Shown: positions 1-32,130 of the stretch, piece after piece
Numbering within the stretch: the first letter of the stretch is position 1
How the letters are laid out: each line of letters begins with the position of its first letter
Assembly (NCBI GenBank): GCA_965235115.1
Contig: OZ249448.1
Span: forward strand, 25,420,001 to 25,484,000
Origin: Laetmonice hystrix
Lineage: Eukaryota
DNA: 64,000 nucleotides
Direction: 5' to 3'
The notes under the pieces: model-generated
Database searches by the model: none
What the model was told of the DNA's origin: nothing
Seen by the model: the letters and a program-made list of their open reading frames with translations, nothing else
Position numbers and translations under genes: made by a program

Positions 1-379
1 CCGAACCATTTACCGCATGTTGGGACATCAAAGACATGCCGTACATACCAAAACTTGGTAAATGTGTCAATTAGTTCAGTGCAGAGCAGTCAGGAAAAAT
101 GAAATGTGAGCGTTATGTCTACTATACAACCATGCAGAGTCTTAATAATGGTCAATATGTCCCTATTTTGATTAAGAGATTGGTAATAACACTAAATCTA
201 AGCTTGAGATAACAAACTATTTGTAAACACGGCCGGTACTCTAACTAAATTTTGGTGTCATGACCTTGTTCACATTCTGAATTTCAAATTCCCGCGTTCT
301 CAAATTTCTTGAAACAGCTGATTTGTATAGCACATTTAATCCTATATGAAGTGGTTGCCATGGTGATTTTTGTCTGCAG

Positions 380-3300
380 GTAAAGGAGCAAGTATCTGGG
401 ATACGTTTACACACACTGCTGGGCAGATCGTCGACAACTCGACTGGTGACGTGGCTTGTGACAGCTACCACCGGTACAAGGATGACGTCAGACTCCTTAA
501 GGCTATGAAGGTCAGATTTGAAGGTCACTTCATAATAATTCTGTGTCATCAGCCAAATGAGCCCTATAGCTACAGTAGGCGTACAGGGTAGACTCTACTC
601 AAGATTTCAAGTTAGACCAGGGTCTGGTTCACAAACAAAGCCAAGTCAAATTTAATTAATTTGAAATCGATTTTAACCAATCAGATTCAAATCTGACTTA
701 ATGTAATAGATACACTCTTTTCTGCAAGTTTTCGTATAACTGCAGCATGTAAGGCGCAGGTAAAGTCCAAGCAGGACAGCGTCCATATGTCCTTGGGTCT
801 ATCTGACAAGGTTATACAGTCTGAAACTCGACGGCTGCGCCACCTCACGGTAGGAACCCGAACCATGTAGTACACCCCCTGTTGGTGACCAGCGTCACCA
901 GAAGCCTCAGTCGGAGATCTCGTTTCAGGTGAAGACGTACCGGTTTTCGTTGTCATGGCCACGCCTCCTACCGGACGGCCGGGGAGACGTTCCGAACGCT
1001 GGTGGCTTGGCCTATTACAAGGCGCTGATTGGTGAACTGTTGTCAGCTGGCATCCGTCCTTTCGTCACGCTCTACCACTGGGACCTCCCGCAGAGTCTCG
1101 AGGACGAGGGTGGCTGGCTCAATGATGACGTCATCGACGCCTTCGGAAACTACGCCAGGCTATGCTATAGAGAGTTCGGCTCCTGGGTAGGCCTACAGTC
1201 ACAGCTCTCTCACATTCACACTTGCCCTTCCCTAATAAAATCCAATCCTTCAGGAGAAAATAAACATATATAGGATATAGGCCCTCCGCTCTCTGCCGGA
1301 GAATATAACCTAGGCCCTAAGTCTATTGTAAGCCTAGGCCTACTAAAGTACGCCTAGACTCCTAGACTCCTAGGTTTCCGTTGGACGAAAGGCTTCGGTC
1401 GGTAATAATAGGCCTAGATCTAGGTCTATCGGAGATTCAACCGTGGTAAGGTCCTAAACCCCACGAAATTTGATCAGAAGTAAAGATAATAGCCCCGACC
1501 TTATTCCTAACCCCTAACCCCGGTCCCTGTCCTCCACCTCCCAAAAAAACATATCCCTATCCCTATCCCTATCCTTGGCAACCCGACCCAAAAGGTTTGT
1601 TTGGAATTTACCATGGGGAATAACCCCTCGTCCCTATAGCAGCGTTATAAAAATTCTCTATATACCGCGTCAGTGATATAGGCCTAGTTCTATGTTCTTT
1701 AATTTATACCGCGGTGCTAGGCCTAATTGAGTTTGGTTTGTGTTGTCAGGTCAAGGATTGGATTACGATCAACGAACCATGGATTGTGGCGTATCTAGGT
1801 TACGGCAATGGCGTCTTCGCTCCTGGCGTCACCGGACCCGGAAACACGACATACCTCGCCGGCCATAACCTACTCAAGGCCCATGCGCGCGCTTACCGGA
1901 TATACGACGAGGAGTTCCGGCCATCTCAAAAAGGTAAAATTTTCAAGAGGTTGAAATTTCAGTCAGGATTGGGATTGGGACTCTTTCATCCTAGGTTCTA
2001 TATGACTAGACCTTAACTGTCCGGTAGGGCCTCACGTCTTGCGAAGATTATTCGATTCTGTCAAAAATACTGTAGTTTTAGTTTCGCTGTCTGCCTGCAG
2101 GTGTCGTTGGGATCAGTTTGAACGGCGCCTGGGCCGAACCGGCGAATCCAAAGAGTCCCGAGGATAGGGCCGCCTCCGAGCGGTCACTCCAGGTCAGTCG
2201 GCGGTCCCGGTGTGATGTGGTACAGTGACCCTGTGGTAAAGTGACCCGGGGGTCAGTTTTCGATGTGACACCGGCACTGACTTCGGCAAGCTCGGTTATC
2301 TGACTGTGGTCTTGTGTGATTACATTTTTGTCTTAAAGCGGAGGTAAAAATTGAACAAGTTCCAAAATCGACATTCTAAAAATTTCATACTGAAAACTGC
2401 AGACAAAATCACCTTAGCCCTATATTAAACATCTTCGCGTTGGGAATATGATCGGAGCACGAGAACCAACATATAACTCGATCTGATGTAGATCTGATGT
2501 TCGTTTACACGTTCGGTAATACTACGAATTCGATCGTATACAAAGATTGGATCTTATCTCCAGCATGTTTGCTAGCAGTCAGGTCGTTATTTAGAGGTAG
2601 GCCTATATATTATTATTCCTTTACGTATCTTACCTCCGCTTTAACGTTCCAAACCCAACATCCATAGATCTGACTCTGACCCGGCCCACCCCCGCCCCCG
2701 TCCCCACCGTCACCCGGCCTTGGCACCAGAAAGCTCCATCTCCAGGTGCAGTTGTCGCCTGTAGGAGGCGTATTGAAACATAATGTTACCTCCTTGACTT
2801 CAGTTTGACCTGGGCTGGTTTGCTGATCCCATATTCCTGACGGGAGACTACCCCGAGTTGATGAAGGAACGAATCGCCAACAAAAGTTACCTGCAGAATT
2901 TACCCGAATCCCGACTCCCCCGGTTCACAGAGGATGAGAAAACTTACATCAAAGGTAAGCATGCATGGCTGTGAGTGTGAGCCAGGCCGAGTTATTATCG
3001 ACCCCTGTCCACTCTGTGTTAGAGATTAACAAGAAGTGCGATGTGGGTAATTAACATTACAAGAAGTCAGTGACACTGTGGGTAATTCACAAGAAGTCAG
3101 TGTGTAGGACTTCCTGAACTCGTAGAACATTTAAATATTACTATATTTCATCGGCATCCTTGCACAGATTAGAACGTTGTCGTCCTAGCCAAACCAATAT
3201 ACGACGGTGCTGCCGCCACGCGGATGTGCCCCGAATGTTTCGTTCGACGAGTCTCCCATTGTTTTTATTGTCTGCAGGGACCAGCGATTTCTTTGGCATC

Positions 3301-5245
3301 AATTATTACACGGCAGTCCTTGTGGAGCACGTTGTGGCACCCATCAGTTACCCGGCCAGTTTCTATGGTGACAAAGACATCATTACAAGCACAGATCCTG
3401 ATTGGCCAGAGTAGGTTCCCGCATTTTTATTCTCACTTTATAGTCTCCTTTTCAACTTTTTCCCAAGATGGCGCAGTTATCGTGCAGGGCGCTCATCTTA
3501 TACCTGAAGACTAATGCCCAGTGCCTCACCCTACCGCGCCGGTAGGGGGAGGCACTGGGCATTAGTCTCCAGGCATAGTGAACGCAGCTCAAACATTCTC
3601 GTTTATAAAAGATCGAGGGACACTCTGCATAGGGGACTGTTCGAGCATAAGTGATGCTCACACTTGTCTTAATTTCCTGAGAGGATAATTTTCTTGGATT
3701 ACTGGTAAGAGGCGGTCAGCGACCTCCTGGTATAAGGCCTACAGGTGTTGATGTTGTGATATTGCAGTTCGGGGTCAGGCTGGCTGAAGGTGACCCCCTG
3801 GTGTAAGACCTACAGGTGTTGATGTTGTGATATTGCAGTTCGGGGTCAGGCTGGCTGAAGGTGACCCCCTGGTGTAAGACCTACAGGTGTTGATGTTGTG
3901 ATATTGCAGTTCGGGGTCAGGTTGGCTGAAGGTGACCCCCTGGTGTAAGGCCTACAGGTGTTGATGTTGTGATATTGCAGTTCGGGGTCAGGCTGGCTGA
4001 AGGTGACCTGAAGGTGACCCCCTGGTGTAAGACCTACAGGTGTTGATGTTGTGATATTGCAGTTCGGGGTCAGGCTGGCTGAAGGTGACCCCCTGGTGTA
4101 AGACCTACAGGTGTTGATGTTGTGATATTGCAGTTCGGGGTCAGGCTGGCTGAAGGTGACCTCCTGGTGTAAGACCTACAGGTTTTGATGTTGTGATATT
4201 GCAGCTCGGGGTCAGGCTGGCTGAAGGTGACCCCCTGGAGCACCAGAAAGATGCTCAACTGGATCCGGAAACGTTATAATAACGTTCCGGTGTGGATCAC
4301 GGAGAACGGCGTCTCTGACAATAACGGGACGCTCAGGGACGATCATCGCGTCTACTTTATCAGTCGTTACGTTAACTCGGTCCTCAAAGGTATGTGTGTG
4401 ACCTCTATGGCGGCGGCGGGGGGGGGGGGGGGGTCGTAGCCCGCATTGAAAGACGAGGTCCAGCAGAGGGCAATCATAAATACGTATTAGAAAAAAAGGC
4501 TCAAAATGGGGTTCGGCCCCCCCTGCCCCCTATCCGCCCACGCTGGCCTGATGTATTAAAAAATACCCAGAAATTTTCAAGGTTGTTAAATTATTATGTG
4601 CAATACGTGATAATAGTTTGTGCATTTATTAGATATCATTTATTAGATATGATTTATTAGATATAATTTATTAGATATCATTTATTAGATATCATTTACA
4701 TGTATTAGATATTATTTATTAGATATCATTTATTAGATATTATTTATTAGATATCATTTATTAGATATCATTTATTACATATCATTTATTAGATATCATT
4801 TATTAGATATCATTTATTAGATATCATTTATTAGATATCATTTATTAGATATCATTTATTAGATATCATTTATTAGATATCATTTCCGCGGTCTTCACCT
4901 TTCCTTACAAACATGTTTATAAGTTATGTTAATATCCTTGATTCAGCCATTAGACTGGACGGTTGTAATGTACTCGGATACACAGCCTGGTCTCTGATGG
5001 ATAACTTCGAATGGAAGATGGGATATACGGAGCGGTTTGGTCTCCACTCGGTGGATTTCTCCGATCCACAACGTAAACGGGTGGCCAAGAAATCCGCCAA
5101 ATATTACGCTCATCTCATGGCAGACCATGGATTCCCGAGGAAGTCGTCCGCCGCCACGTCAAGTCGTTTTGATTGTCACCACCAGGGGGTCGTCTTAGTG
5201 ACTGTCACTGGGGTTCTGATGTCAAGACTACTGTTAACGTTATAG
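380..5245 (+). CDS. Glycoside hydrolase family 1 beta-glucosidase (lactase-phlorizin hydrolase/GBA3-like), 5'-partial, 8 exons in window
   Basis: Exons 380-510, 929-1186, 1750-1933, 2101-2192, 2804-2954, 3278-3410, 4205-4389 and 4947-5245, all AG/GT bounded and phase-compatible. Translation has GH1 hallmarks: [43 protein letters not shown] (acid/base Glu), [15 protein letters not shown] (nucleophile Glu) and [18 protein letters not shown]. The N-terminal exon(s) lie upstream of the window. Confidence 0.95.
3745..4240 (+). repeat. 71-bp tandem array duplicating the acceptor and first codons of the GH1 ENG exon
   Basis: Unit gtgttgatgttgtgatattgcag|ttcggggtcaggctggctgaaggtgaccccctggtgtaagacctacag. 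AG positions are 3767, 3838, 3909, 3980, 4062, 4133 and 4204; only the last continues into the open exon. Confidence 0.9.
4635..4885. repeat. 14-bp AT-rich minisatellite (atttattagatatc)n in the last GH1 intron
   Basis: Directly visible tandem unit. Confidence 0.9.
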
Positions 5246-7286
5246 GTCGGCACGAAACGCTGTGCTTCCTATGTATCATATATCTGCGCCATTGTAAGTT
5301 TATAAGCCTGCAGTGAGGAGGGTGCTTACCGATAGCCAACGCTATCGGTTTGCTTGTGATTACACCAATATATTGACATCTATTAATGGGCAATAATCGC
5401 ACGGCGGAGCCGCTCAAAGTGACATTATGCCTCGATATTGGAATTACTGAAACGTAATGTACATACATGTATATACACATGTAGCAACCAGGTCAAATAT
5501 CGAGATATTGTTTCCAGTTTCAGCATTGTGCTAACATGAATATTGAATGACGGCACAAGGTCTTGATCCTGCTGTGCCGTAGCTCTTGGTTACGCCTCGA
5601 GCATATCACAGCATAACACCTTTTTGAACTCGCGCCGACATGCAATATGCACATAATATAGTAGAGAGACACTCTTTAAGGTCACCTTGGTGATCTTGAA
5701 CTCTTTAATCGACGACAGTTGAGAAGTTGGCCGATAGAGGTCATAAAGGTAGGGCTAGCTTAGGCCAACAACAAAAGTTCCCGGTTTCTGGCATGACGAA
5801 CATTATACAAAAGTGGTGCGCGGATGCATATAGGGGGGAATTCGGCTATTTACAGCTCATTGTATTCATGCGCGCGTTACACTAGGACATGGCGGCCTCA
5901 TGCATCCCAGGCATGATTCGCCTCCCGATATGACCTAGAAAAGGCCAATCAGAGGCCTCGGTTGTTCCAGGTGAGGTCAAGTGGCTGCTTCTGAAGTGAT
6001 ACGCGCGCATACCAGAAACTTTTTTGGGCCTAAAGCCACCCCCACTCGTTCGATAAATAGTAGTAACCGTTAAATACTCATTGTGGTTATCTATAATGTC
6101 CGTCCCATTGTACCCCCCCCCCCCCCCTGACTATGCATGACCTTCCCGTGTATTACGATATCAACATATTCGCACGCTCCATATAGCGAGACAAGATTTG
6201 TATTATTCTCTGACAAACCGTAGTTTGTTTGGGGAGATTCCTTATGTTGGATCACGTTCATGATCGCGCCCACTTGCTGAAATGAACGCTCATGTATTAT
6301 ATCGTATGGCACTCTCCGGATAGAGATCGTTCACTTCATTCAATCTCAGCCACACCCTAGGTACTACCGTTCGAGTGACCGCTGACCTGACCTAGAAATC
6401 CCTGACCGGAACAGCCGAAGGTTGCCGAGCTCAAATCGTGGCTGCTCGATTTTGCTGAGGCACTCTTGTTGTTTACTTTTACGGTGCAGACTGTCAGAAT
6501 ATGATGCCACACAAACATCTAAATCTTCGGAGAAATCATCTGCAGCCGCCATATGTTGAACGGAAGTTTCCAGTCGGAAACACCCGAAGTATTTCGAATC
6601 ATCCCGAAATTGGCCAACCGACTTGCAACTATAGCTGATTTCCCTCCGCAAATGTAGTTCCTAATATGTCAACAGATAGCCTATTTCTCTTTTACGGTGA
6701 ATGTCACTTGTTACTGGGTTTGGGGATTTAGAGGCACGTTAAATTTTATAGATACCATAAAGAGCGGCCGACTTTGCAAAAACAGGGTTAAACGCGTAGG
6801 GGCCCGATTTTGCCCGTAAAAAGTCAGGTGTGGCAGAGGGGTAGTGGTAGCGAGCCCCTCTGCATTATGGGAAATTGGGAACCTGGGTAAGGCGCAGGGG
6901 CGTATGAGTAATGAGGACACTTATTTTGAGAAGCATTTCCTCGTGACACCAGTCGAACCGGTGGTTAATCCAAAGACAAACATCCAGCGTTAGTTTAAAA
7001 AAAGAAAGTTCAGTGCTTGCCGCACCTCTTCGACAATCTTACAGACGTGCATGAAGTAGACCTATACTTTAATTGTGTCACCGGTGTAGTAATCTAACGA
7101 GTGAGGTGGCGCGCATGTTCCTATATTTGGGCTGCGAGTGATAGGCCTATATCTGTGAGAGTTCTTTCTACGGACGATCAAAGATTGCCGAAAGGACTCG
7201 AACGTGAGAATGGTATTGGAAAAGAACAGCCACAGCAGTTACAGAACACGTTAGAGTACATTGTCAGAACAGATGCCTAGCCTATA

Positions 7287-7665
7287 CAGGGTGGCGCAAA
7301 AAAAACGCCCGAGCATACTTAGTCTATCTTATTCTCCAAACTGTTGGTATGTATGGATGGGGAATCTTCCTAGGAGGAGAATGACACCTTGATCAATTGA
7401 TTCGGTTGAGTAGTTTTGAGTGTAGAGCCTTTTATGTAAAGCAAGGTCCAGGGGTTCATTGTTGGACTAACCTGTTGTTTGTCACCTGAAGCAAATTTCA
7501 TCATGACCTTGCTTCACAAAAATGGCTCCAACACCATAACCACTCATCCGTTTAGGGTGCTCTTGGTGTCATTCTTCTTCTAAGAAGATTCCCCATCCAT
7601 ACATACCAATAGTTTGGGGCATAAGATAGCCTAAGTATGCTCGGGCGTTTTTTTTGGCCACCCTG
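7287..7665. mobile_element. Tc1/mariner-type MITE
   Basis: Long imperfect terminal inverted repeats (cagggtggcgcaaaaaaaacgcccgagcatacttag ... ctaagtatgctcgggcgtttttttggccaccctg), TA on both flanks (7285-7286, 7666-7667), no ORF. Confidence 0.8.
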
Positions 7666-8468
7666 TATATAGGCCTATACAGGGCGTCCTCACTCGATTG
7701 GAGACATAATATTTAAAAATAATAGAGGGATTGTCAATGGCACATGGACTCAATGATATCTCATGGTATTTATATTTGAAATAAAAGATAAATTGTAGGC
7801 CTACAGAACTGCCCTGTGTGACGTTCTTTTAATCAAACGCCTATGGTCCGGCCGACCAAGGTGTTGGATTTATCCATTCCACAGATCGAGCTCGACCCTC
7901 TGACCATCGTGAGGGTTCCCGAACTGCAGCCATATAAGGCATATTAGTATATCCGGGGGCGGATCCAGGATTTTGGGATGGGGCTGGGGGGGTCTGCTAA
8001 ATTCATAAAGTCCTATGGGGGAAGAAGAAAGATCGGTTGCCAACGGGGGGCGGGGGGTTCACCACGGGTTCTCAAGAATTGCATTAAAATACACTAATTC
8101 ACTCGCAAGGTGGCTCTGTAGTCGACGCGAGCCACTTAGCGAGTGAGCCGGAAACTAGCCTAGAGATCTTGCTCCCAGTGGAACCAGTGGAACGCCATTG
8201 TGCTGACACCATGTGGCGTAAGTGGGAACCTACCTAAGGCCGGTACGTTCCTGAGAGGGTCTCCGGACCGAAACGCCCTCTAGCGACCAATTTACGCTTG
8301 ACCTGACATATTTCTGCAAGCTGACCTAGTTCCCATCCCATGGACTGAGTTCAAGGTTCTTCGTGTCAATGGATGAGACTGTCCTGCCGGTATGACAACC
8401 GACCACCTTCCTCGTCCTCAGTCGTGATTTCAGGAGCTCACTGGTGACGCCACAGTGACGCTATCATC

Positions 8469-27207
<18,739 letters not shown>

Positions 27208-27264
27208 ACTGAACCTCGCCAGTTTGTATTCTCCAACTTTGGGCCTTCAGATTTAAGTTGATTC

Positions 27265-27990
27265 AGTAGAAGTTCTCCAGCCGGTAGAAGTTCATCAGCC
27301 GGTAGAGGTTCATCAGCCGGTAGAGGTTCACCAGCCGGTAGAAGTTCACCAGCCGGTAGAAGTTCACCATTCGGTAGAAGTTCACCATTCGGTAGAAGTT
27401 CACCAGCCAGTAGAAGTTCTCCAGCCAGTAGAAGTTCACCGGCCGGTAGAAGTTCACCAGCCGGTAGAGGTTCACCAGCCGGTAGAAGTTCACCAGCCGG
27501 TAGAAGTTCACCATTCGGTAGAAGTTCACCGGCCGGTAGAAGTTCACCAGCCGGTAGAAGTTCACCAGCCGGTAGAAGTTCACCATTCGGTAGAGGTTCA
27601 CCAGCCGGTAGAGGTTCACCAGCCGGTAGAGGTTCACCAGCCGGTAGAGGTTTACCATTCGGTAGAGGTTCACCAGCCGGTAGAGGTTCACCAGCCGGTA
27701 GAGGTTCACCAGCCGGTAGAGGTTCACCAGCCGGTAGAAGTTCACCAGCCAGGAGAAGTTCACCAGCCGGTAGAGGTTCACCAGCCGGTAGAGGTTCACC
27801 AGCCGGTAGAGGTTCACCAGCCGGTAGAAGTTCACCAGCCGGTAGAGGTTCACCAGCCGGTAGAGGTTCACCAGCCGGTAGAGGTTCACCAGCCGGTAGA
27901 GGTTCACCAGCCGGTAGAGGTTCACCAGCCGGTAGAGGTTCACCAGCCGGTAGAGGTTCACCAGGCGGTAGAAGTTCACCAACCAGTAGT
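27265..27990 (+). repeat. 18-bp 3'UTR minisatellite resembling the CYP4 stop-codon context
   Basis: Unit aggttcaccagccggtag / aagttctccagccggtag versus the CDS end aagttctcaagccggTAG; about 40 copies. Confidence 0.85.
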
Positions 27991-28059
27991 TCCCAACGTC
28001 CGAGATACAACCCCCCCCCCCCCCAGAAGTAATCAACATTGATCTTCTAGATCGGACTT

Positions 28060-28405
28060 TATATTATGTAACTTTAGTAGAATGGATTATGAAGAGAGAC
28101 CTACTAGTTATATTATGTAACTTTAGTAAAGTGGATTATGTAGAGAGACCTACTAGTTATATTATGTAACTTTAGTAGAGTGGATTATGAAGAGAGACCT
28201 ACTAGTTATATTATGTAACTTTAGTAGAGTGGATTATGAAGAGAGACCTACTAGTTATATTATGTAACTTTAGTAGAGTGGATTATGAAGAGAGACCTAC
28301 TAGTTATATTATGTAACTTTAGTAGAGTGGATTATGAAGAGAGACCTACTAGTTATATTATGTAACTTTAGTAGAATGGATTATGAAGAGAGACCTACTA
28401 GTTGC
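28060..28405. repeat. 49-bp minisatellite
   Basis: Unit tagttatattatgtaactttagtagagtggattatgaagagagacctac, about 7 copies. Confidence 0.9.
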
Positions 28406-28520
28406 TTGGGTACTGTTGTACAGATATACTTGATAGACCGTGGTGTGTAGATTTTTGTGATGACAGTCCATGCAACTGACAGTTTGGACGTCCATCACGG
28501 CCTTGAAAACCAAACCTTCC

Positions 28521-28526
28521 AATAAA
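28521..28526 (+). other. Candidate polyadenylation signal of the CYP4 gene
   Basis: AATAAA about 1.3 kb downstream of the stop; no transcript support. Confidence 0.35.
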
Positions 28527-28534
28527 TATTCAGC

Positions 28535-28735
28535 CAGAATATTATTGAACGGTCATTTAGAGAATATTATTGAACGGTCATTTACAGAATATTATTGAAC
28601 GGTCATTCACAGAATATTATTGAACGGTCATTCACAGAATATTATTGAACGGTCATTCACATAATGTTATTGAACGGTCATTTAGAGAATATTATTGAAC
28701 GGTCATTTACAGAATATTATTGAACGGTCATTTAC
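28535..28735. repeat. 23-bp minisatellite (agaatattattgaacggtcattt)n
   Basis: Visible tandem unit. Confidence 0.9.
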
Positions 28736-28827
28736 AAACTGGCAATAATGATTGAAGTGTATATTTTTATACGATAATGGGTTTAAATAATTAAATAAAT
28801 TTAGAAGGGAGAATGTTTGTTTGCGTT

Positions 28828-29560
28828 TACCTGAAGCTTGATACATAGAGTCTATGTACCTATTTGGTTTACCTGAAGGTTGATACATAGAGTCTATGTA
28901 CCTATTTCGTTTGCCTGAAGGTTGATACATAGAGTCTATGTACCTATTTCGTTTACCTGAAGGTTGATACGTAGAGTCTATGTACCTATTTCGTTTACCT
29001 GAAGGTTGATACATAGAGTCTATGTACCCATTTCGTTTACCTGAAGGTTGATACATAGAGTCTATGTACCTATTTCGTTTACCTGAAGGTTGATACATAG
29101 AGTCTATGTACCTATTTCGTTTACCTGAAGGTTGATACGTAGAGTCTATGTACCCATTTCGTTTACCTGAAGGTTGATACATAGAGTCTATGTACCTATT
29201 TCGTTTACCTGAAGGTTGATACATAGAGTCTGTGTACCCATTTCGTTTACCTGAAGGTTGATACATAGAGTCTATGTACCTATTTGGTTTACCTGAAGGT
29301 TGATACATAGAGTCTATGTACATATTTCGTTTACCTGAAGGTTGATACATAGAGTCTATGTACATATTTCCTTTACCTGAAGGTTGATACATAGAGTCTA
29401 TGTACCTATTTCCTTTACCCGAAGGTTATGTACCTATTCCGTTTACCTGAAGGTTGATACATAGAGTCTATGTACCTATTCCGTTTACCTGAAGGTCTAT
29501 GGACCTATTTCGTTTACCTGAAGGTTGATACATAGAGTCCATGTACATATTTCGTTTCAG
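28828..29560. repeat. 42-bp minisatellite
   Basis: Unit tacctgaaggttgatacatagagtctatgtacctatttcgtt, about 17 copies. Confidence 0.9.
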
Positions 29561-30159
29561 TACAGCTACAATGGAAACTATGTCATTGAAACATCAGTAA
29601 ATCTTGAACGAGTTTAGATGATGGTAAAAAATGATTAGACAACATTTCCTATTGTGAAAGATTTTCCGTCCATCTTTGGGCACCTTCCCTTTCTGTTTGA
29701 ACGTCGAACAACAGCCTGTGGTCGGCGACACAGAGTCTCGAGTCGAGTGTTGAATCAGAGTATGAAAAGATGTCGGCACTGTTATAACAAATACACTTTA
29801 TTTGCGACCTTGGTGACGCTCAAGTTTTTAAAGGTTTGTACATGTTGTTATCTATCGGCCGTGTCGTGTCGACACTCACGATCCAGTATTTATCGCTGGA
29901 TCGTGGGGCGTGACACTCGGCGCCATCTACAATCCATATTTAACCAAGATATGCCTCTGATCACGTGATCTCAAGACGTGTCCCCATTAGTAAACCAAGT
30001 CAACAAACAGCGATAACACCCGTAAACATGTGGTATTTCTCTCACAGTTAGGCCTTGAGAGATAAAACAACACCCAGCTTTCTACACAGGCCTAAACTTT
30101 GGTCGGCCAAGAAGTCGTGTTTATCAGTTTGGATCGCTTCGTTGACGGTCATATACGTC

Positions 30160-30450
30160 GTTTAAATCAAGACTCCAGCTGACCAGTGCCCCAGGATCGT
30201 TTCGTTGACCGTCCTACACATCGTTTAAATCAAGACTCCAGCTGACCAGTGCCTGGGGATCGTTTCGTTGACCGTCCTACACATCGTTTAAATCAAGACT
30301 CCAGCTGACCAGTGCCCGGGGATCGTTTCGTTGACCGTCCTACACGTCGTTTAAATCAAGACTCCAGCTGACCAGTGCCCGAGGATCGTTTCGTTGACCG
30401 TCCTACACGTCGTTTAAATCAAGACTCCAGCTGACCAGTGCCTGGGGATG
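30160..30450 (+). repeat. 63-bp array ending at the start codon of Kazal gene 1
   Basis: Unit ...aaatcaagactccagctgaccagtgcctggggatc; the final copy reads ggggATG. Confidence 0.85.
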
Positions 30451-32130
30451 AGTCGTCTTCTCTTGATCTTACTGTTGATAGGCAAGTCTGCAATCAGTCT
30501 ACATGGCCTTACTTAGATAGGGGGTGGAAGTCTGCCTTAAAGTTCTACAGACATCACATAGGCACCTTTATTGATCTAGGTCGATCATTGTGAGTTGTAG
30601 ACGTGTCCGGGATAGGTTTTTCTGATAAATTCTCAGAAAGTAATATTTGGACAAATATTGACAACTTGAATCACGCGCTGCCCGTGATGACGTCATCACG
30701 GGCAGGCGGGTGGGCCCTGGAGGGAAGGCGACTGGCAGACAGATGGCCGGGAGAATTGGTCATTTTGATCATGGATTACAGACAGTTCGCGTTGTTGCAC
30801 AACAACCGTTCCTTTACAGAACAACGACACATTACAAGTATTATCGGGATCTGGTACAAAATTTCATGTTAATTCTGATGTCTGTACACACCGTTATCGT
30901 AATTCTGCTGACAGGAGTCCATGTGTACCTTTTCGTTACCTTTTTGTTAAATGACAACGAGCTAGGCTGATTGCCTGCACGAGGATCATTTGTTCGTTAG
31001 AGAATTTCTCCAGGGAACGCGCAGGCATTTCGTGCCCGGATGTAATGTCCAGCACCCATCACTACCTAGCTGTTGCTACATCCCTCAAAGAGTTTAGGTT
31101 TTGTAATATAACTATCACTATCGTATCCCTATCCTTAACTCGAACCCTTTTTGAAAACTTGAGGGGAAAGGTGGGTCTCGATTCCACAGCGTAATAAATC
31201 GGCCGCCTGTCGAGGCAAAAATGTTAAGTGGCGCTGCTCATCGCAGAAAAAAAATCCGGTAGGGGGCCTATACAGTCTTAGCGGAGGGTCTGTCTACACA
31301 CTAAACAAATGGCCCAGGAAAACGTTGATTTCTGGGGTAGAAAATAAATACATGGGAATGGAGGGGGCTATACCATGAGAGGTAGACCTTCATCATTATT
31401 CACGGAAATAGCCGAGGATTACCGAATGCTCACGTACATTCTGTGAATGGAGCGTTCTCTTGTGGATTATTTTGAGCACTTTTTTCACTTATTTTCAATT
31501 CCATGAACCTTGTTCCCGCTATAACATGAAGTGAGGGATGGTTTTCTGACCTCGCTCGTACTTTATATTGCAGGGTTAGCAGCCTGTCTGCCCAGCGAAC
31601 CGATGAAAGAATGCATGCGCCCGTGCCCGATGAACTATAGCCCTGTTTGTGGCAGTGACGGAGTCACCTACTCAAACAAATGCTCCCTGGATGTTGCCTC
31701 ATGCATGTGAGCATATTATAACGTATTTATAATATTACCCAACTCCCCAAGCAACTCTGGGACCCTACAGTGGCGACATCTACCCTAATTACGGCCCCAG
31801 AGACCTCCTAAAAATAACAGTCAGTGGAACACACGATATCAAAATTATTATCCTTCTGACTGCGATGTCTTTTGTTACAAACGCTATATTAAATACTGTC
31901 GTAGTTTGGATTAAAATACGCACATCGACAGTCAAGAATGTTCTGGCTGTCAATGAGAGCTAGGACTAGATAGAGACTGAACATAGACTCCTCTACCCAA
32001 TGTAACATAGAGCTTGCATTATGTAATAATCCTCCGACATGTTTCCAGGAAGAAATCCCCTATCGAGGTGACATACGATGGTAAGTGTGGGTCTCCCAGT
32101 GTGGGTACTGGACCTGTCCCGAGGCTGTGA
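30448..32130 (+). CDS. Secreted single-domain Kazal-type serine protease inhibitor (gene 1), 82 aa
   Basis: Exons 30448-30481 (signal peptide, GC donor AG|GCAAGT), 31574-31706 and 32049-32130: MSRLLLILLLIGLAACLPSEPMKECMRPCPMNYSPVCGSDGVTYSNKCSLDVASCMKKSPIEVTYDGKCGSPSVGTGPVPRL. Kazal C-x3-C-x7-C-x10-C-x6-C-x13-C with P1 = Met; AATAAA at 32177. Confidence 0.9.

Noticed and set aside
1505-1575. cctaacccctaaccc telomere-like motif
   Set aside because: Only about two imperfect units within a short dispersed-repeat-like segment.
28703-29392. 229-aa ORF (YIDSMYQPSGKRNR)n
   Set aside because: Translation of a 42-bp minisatellite.
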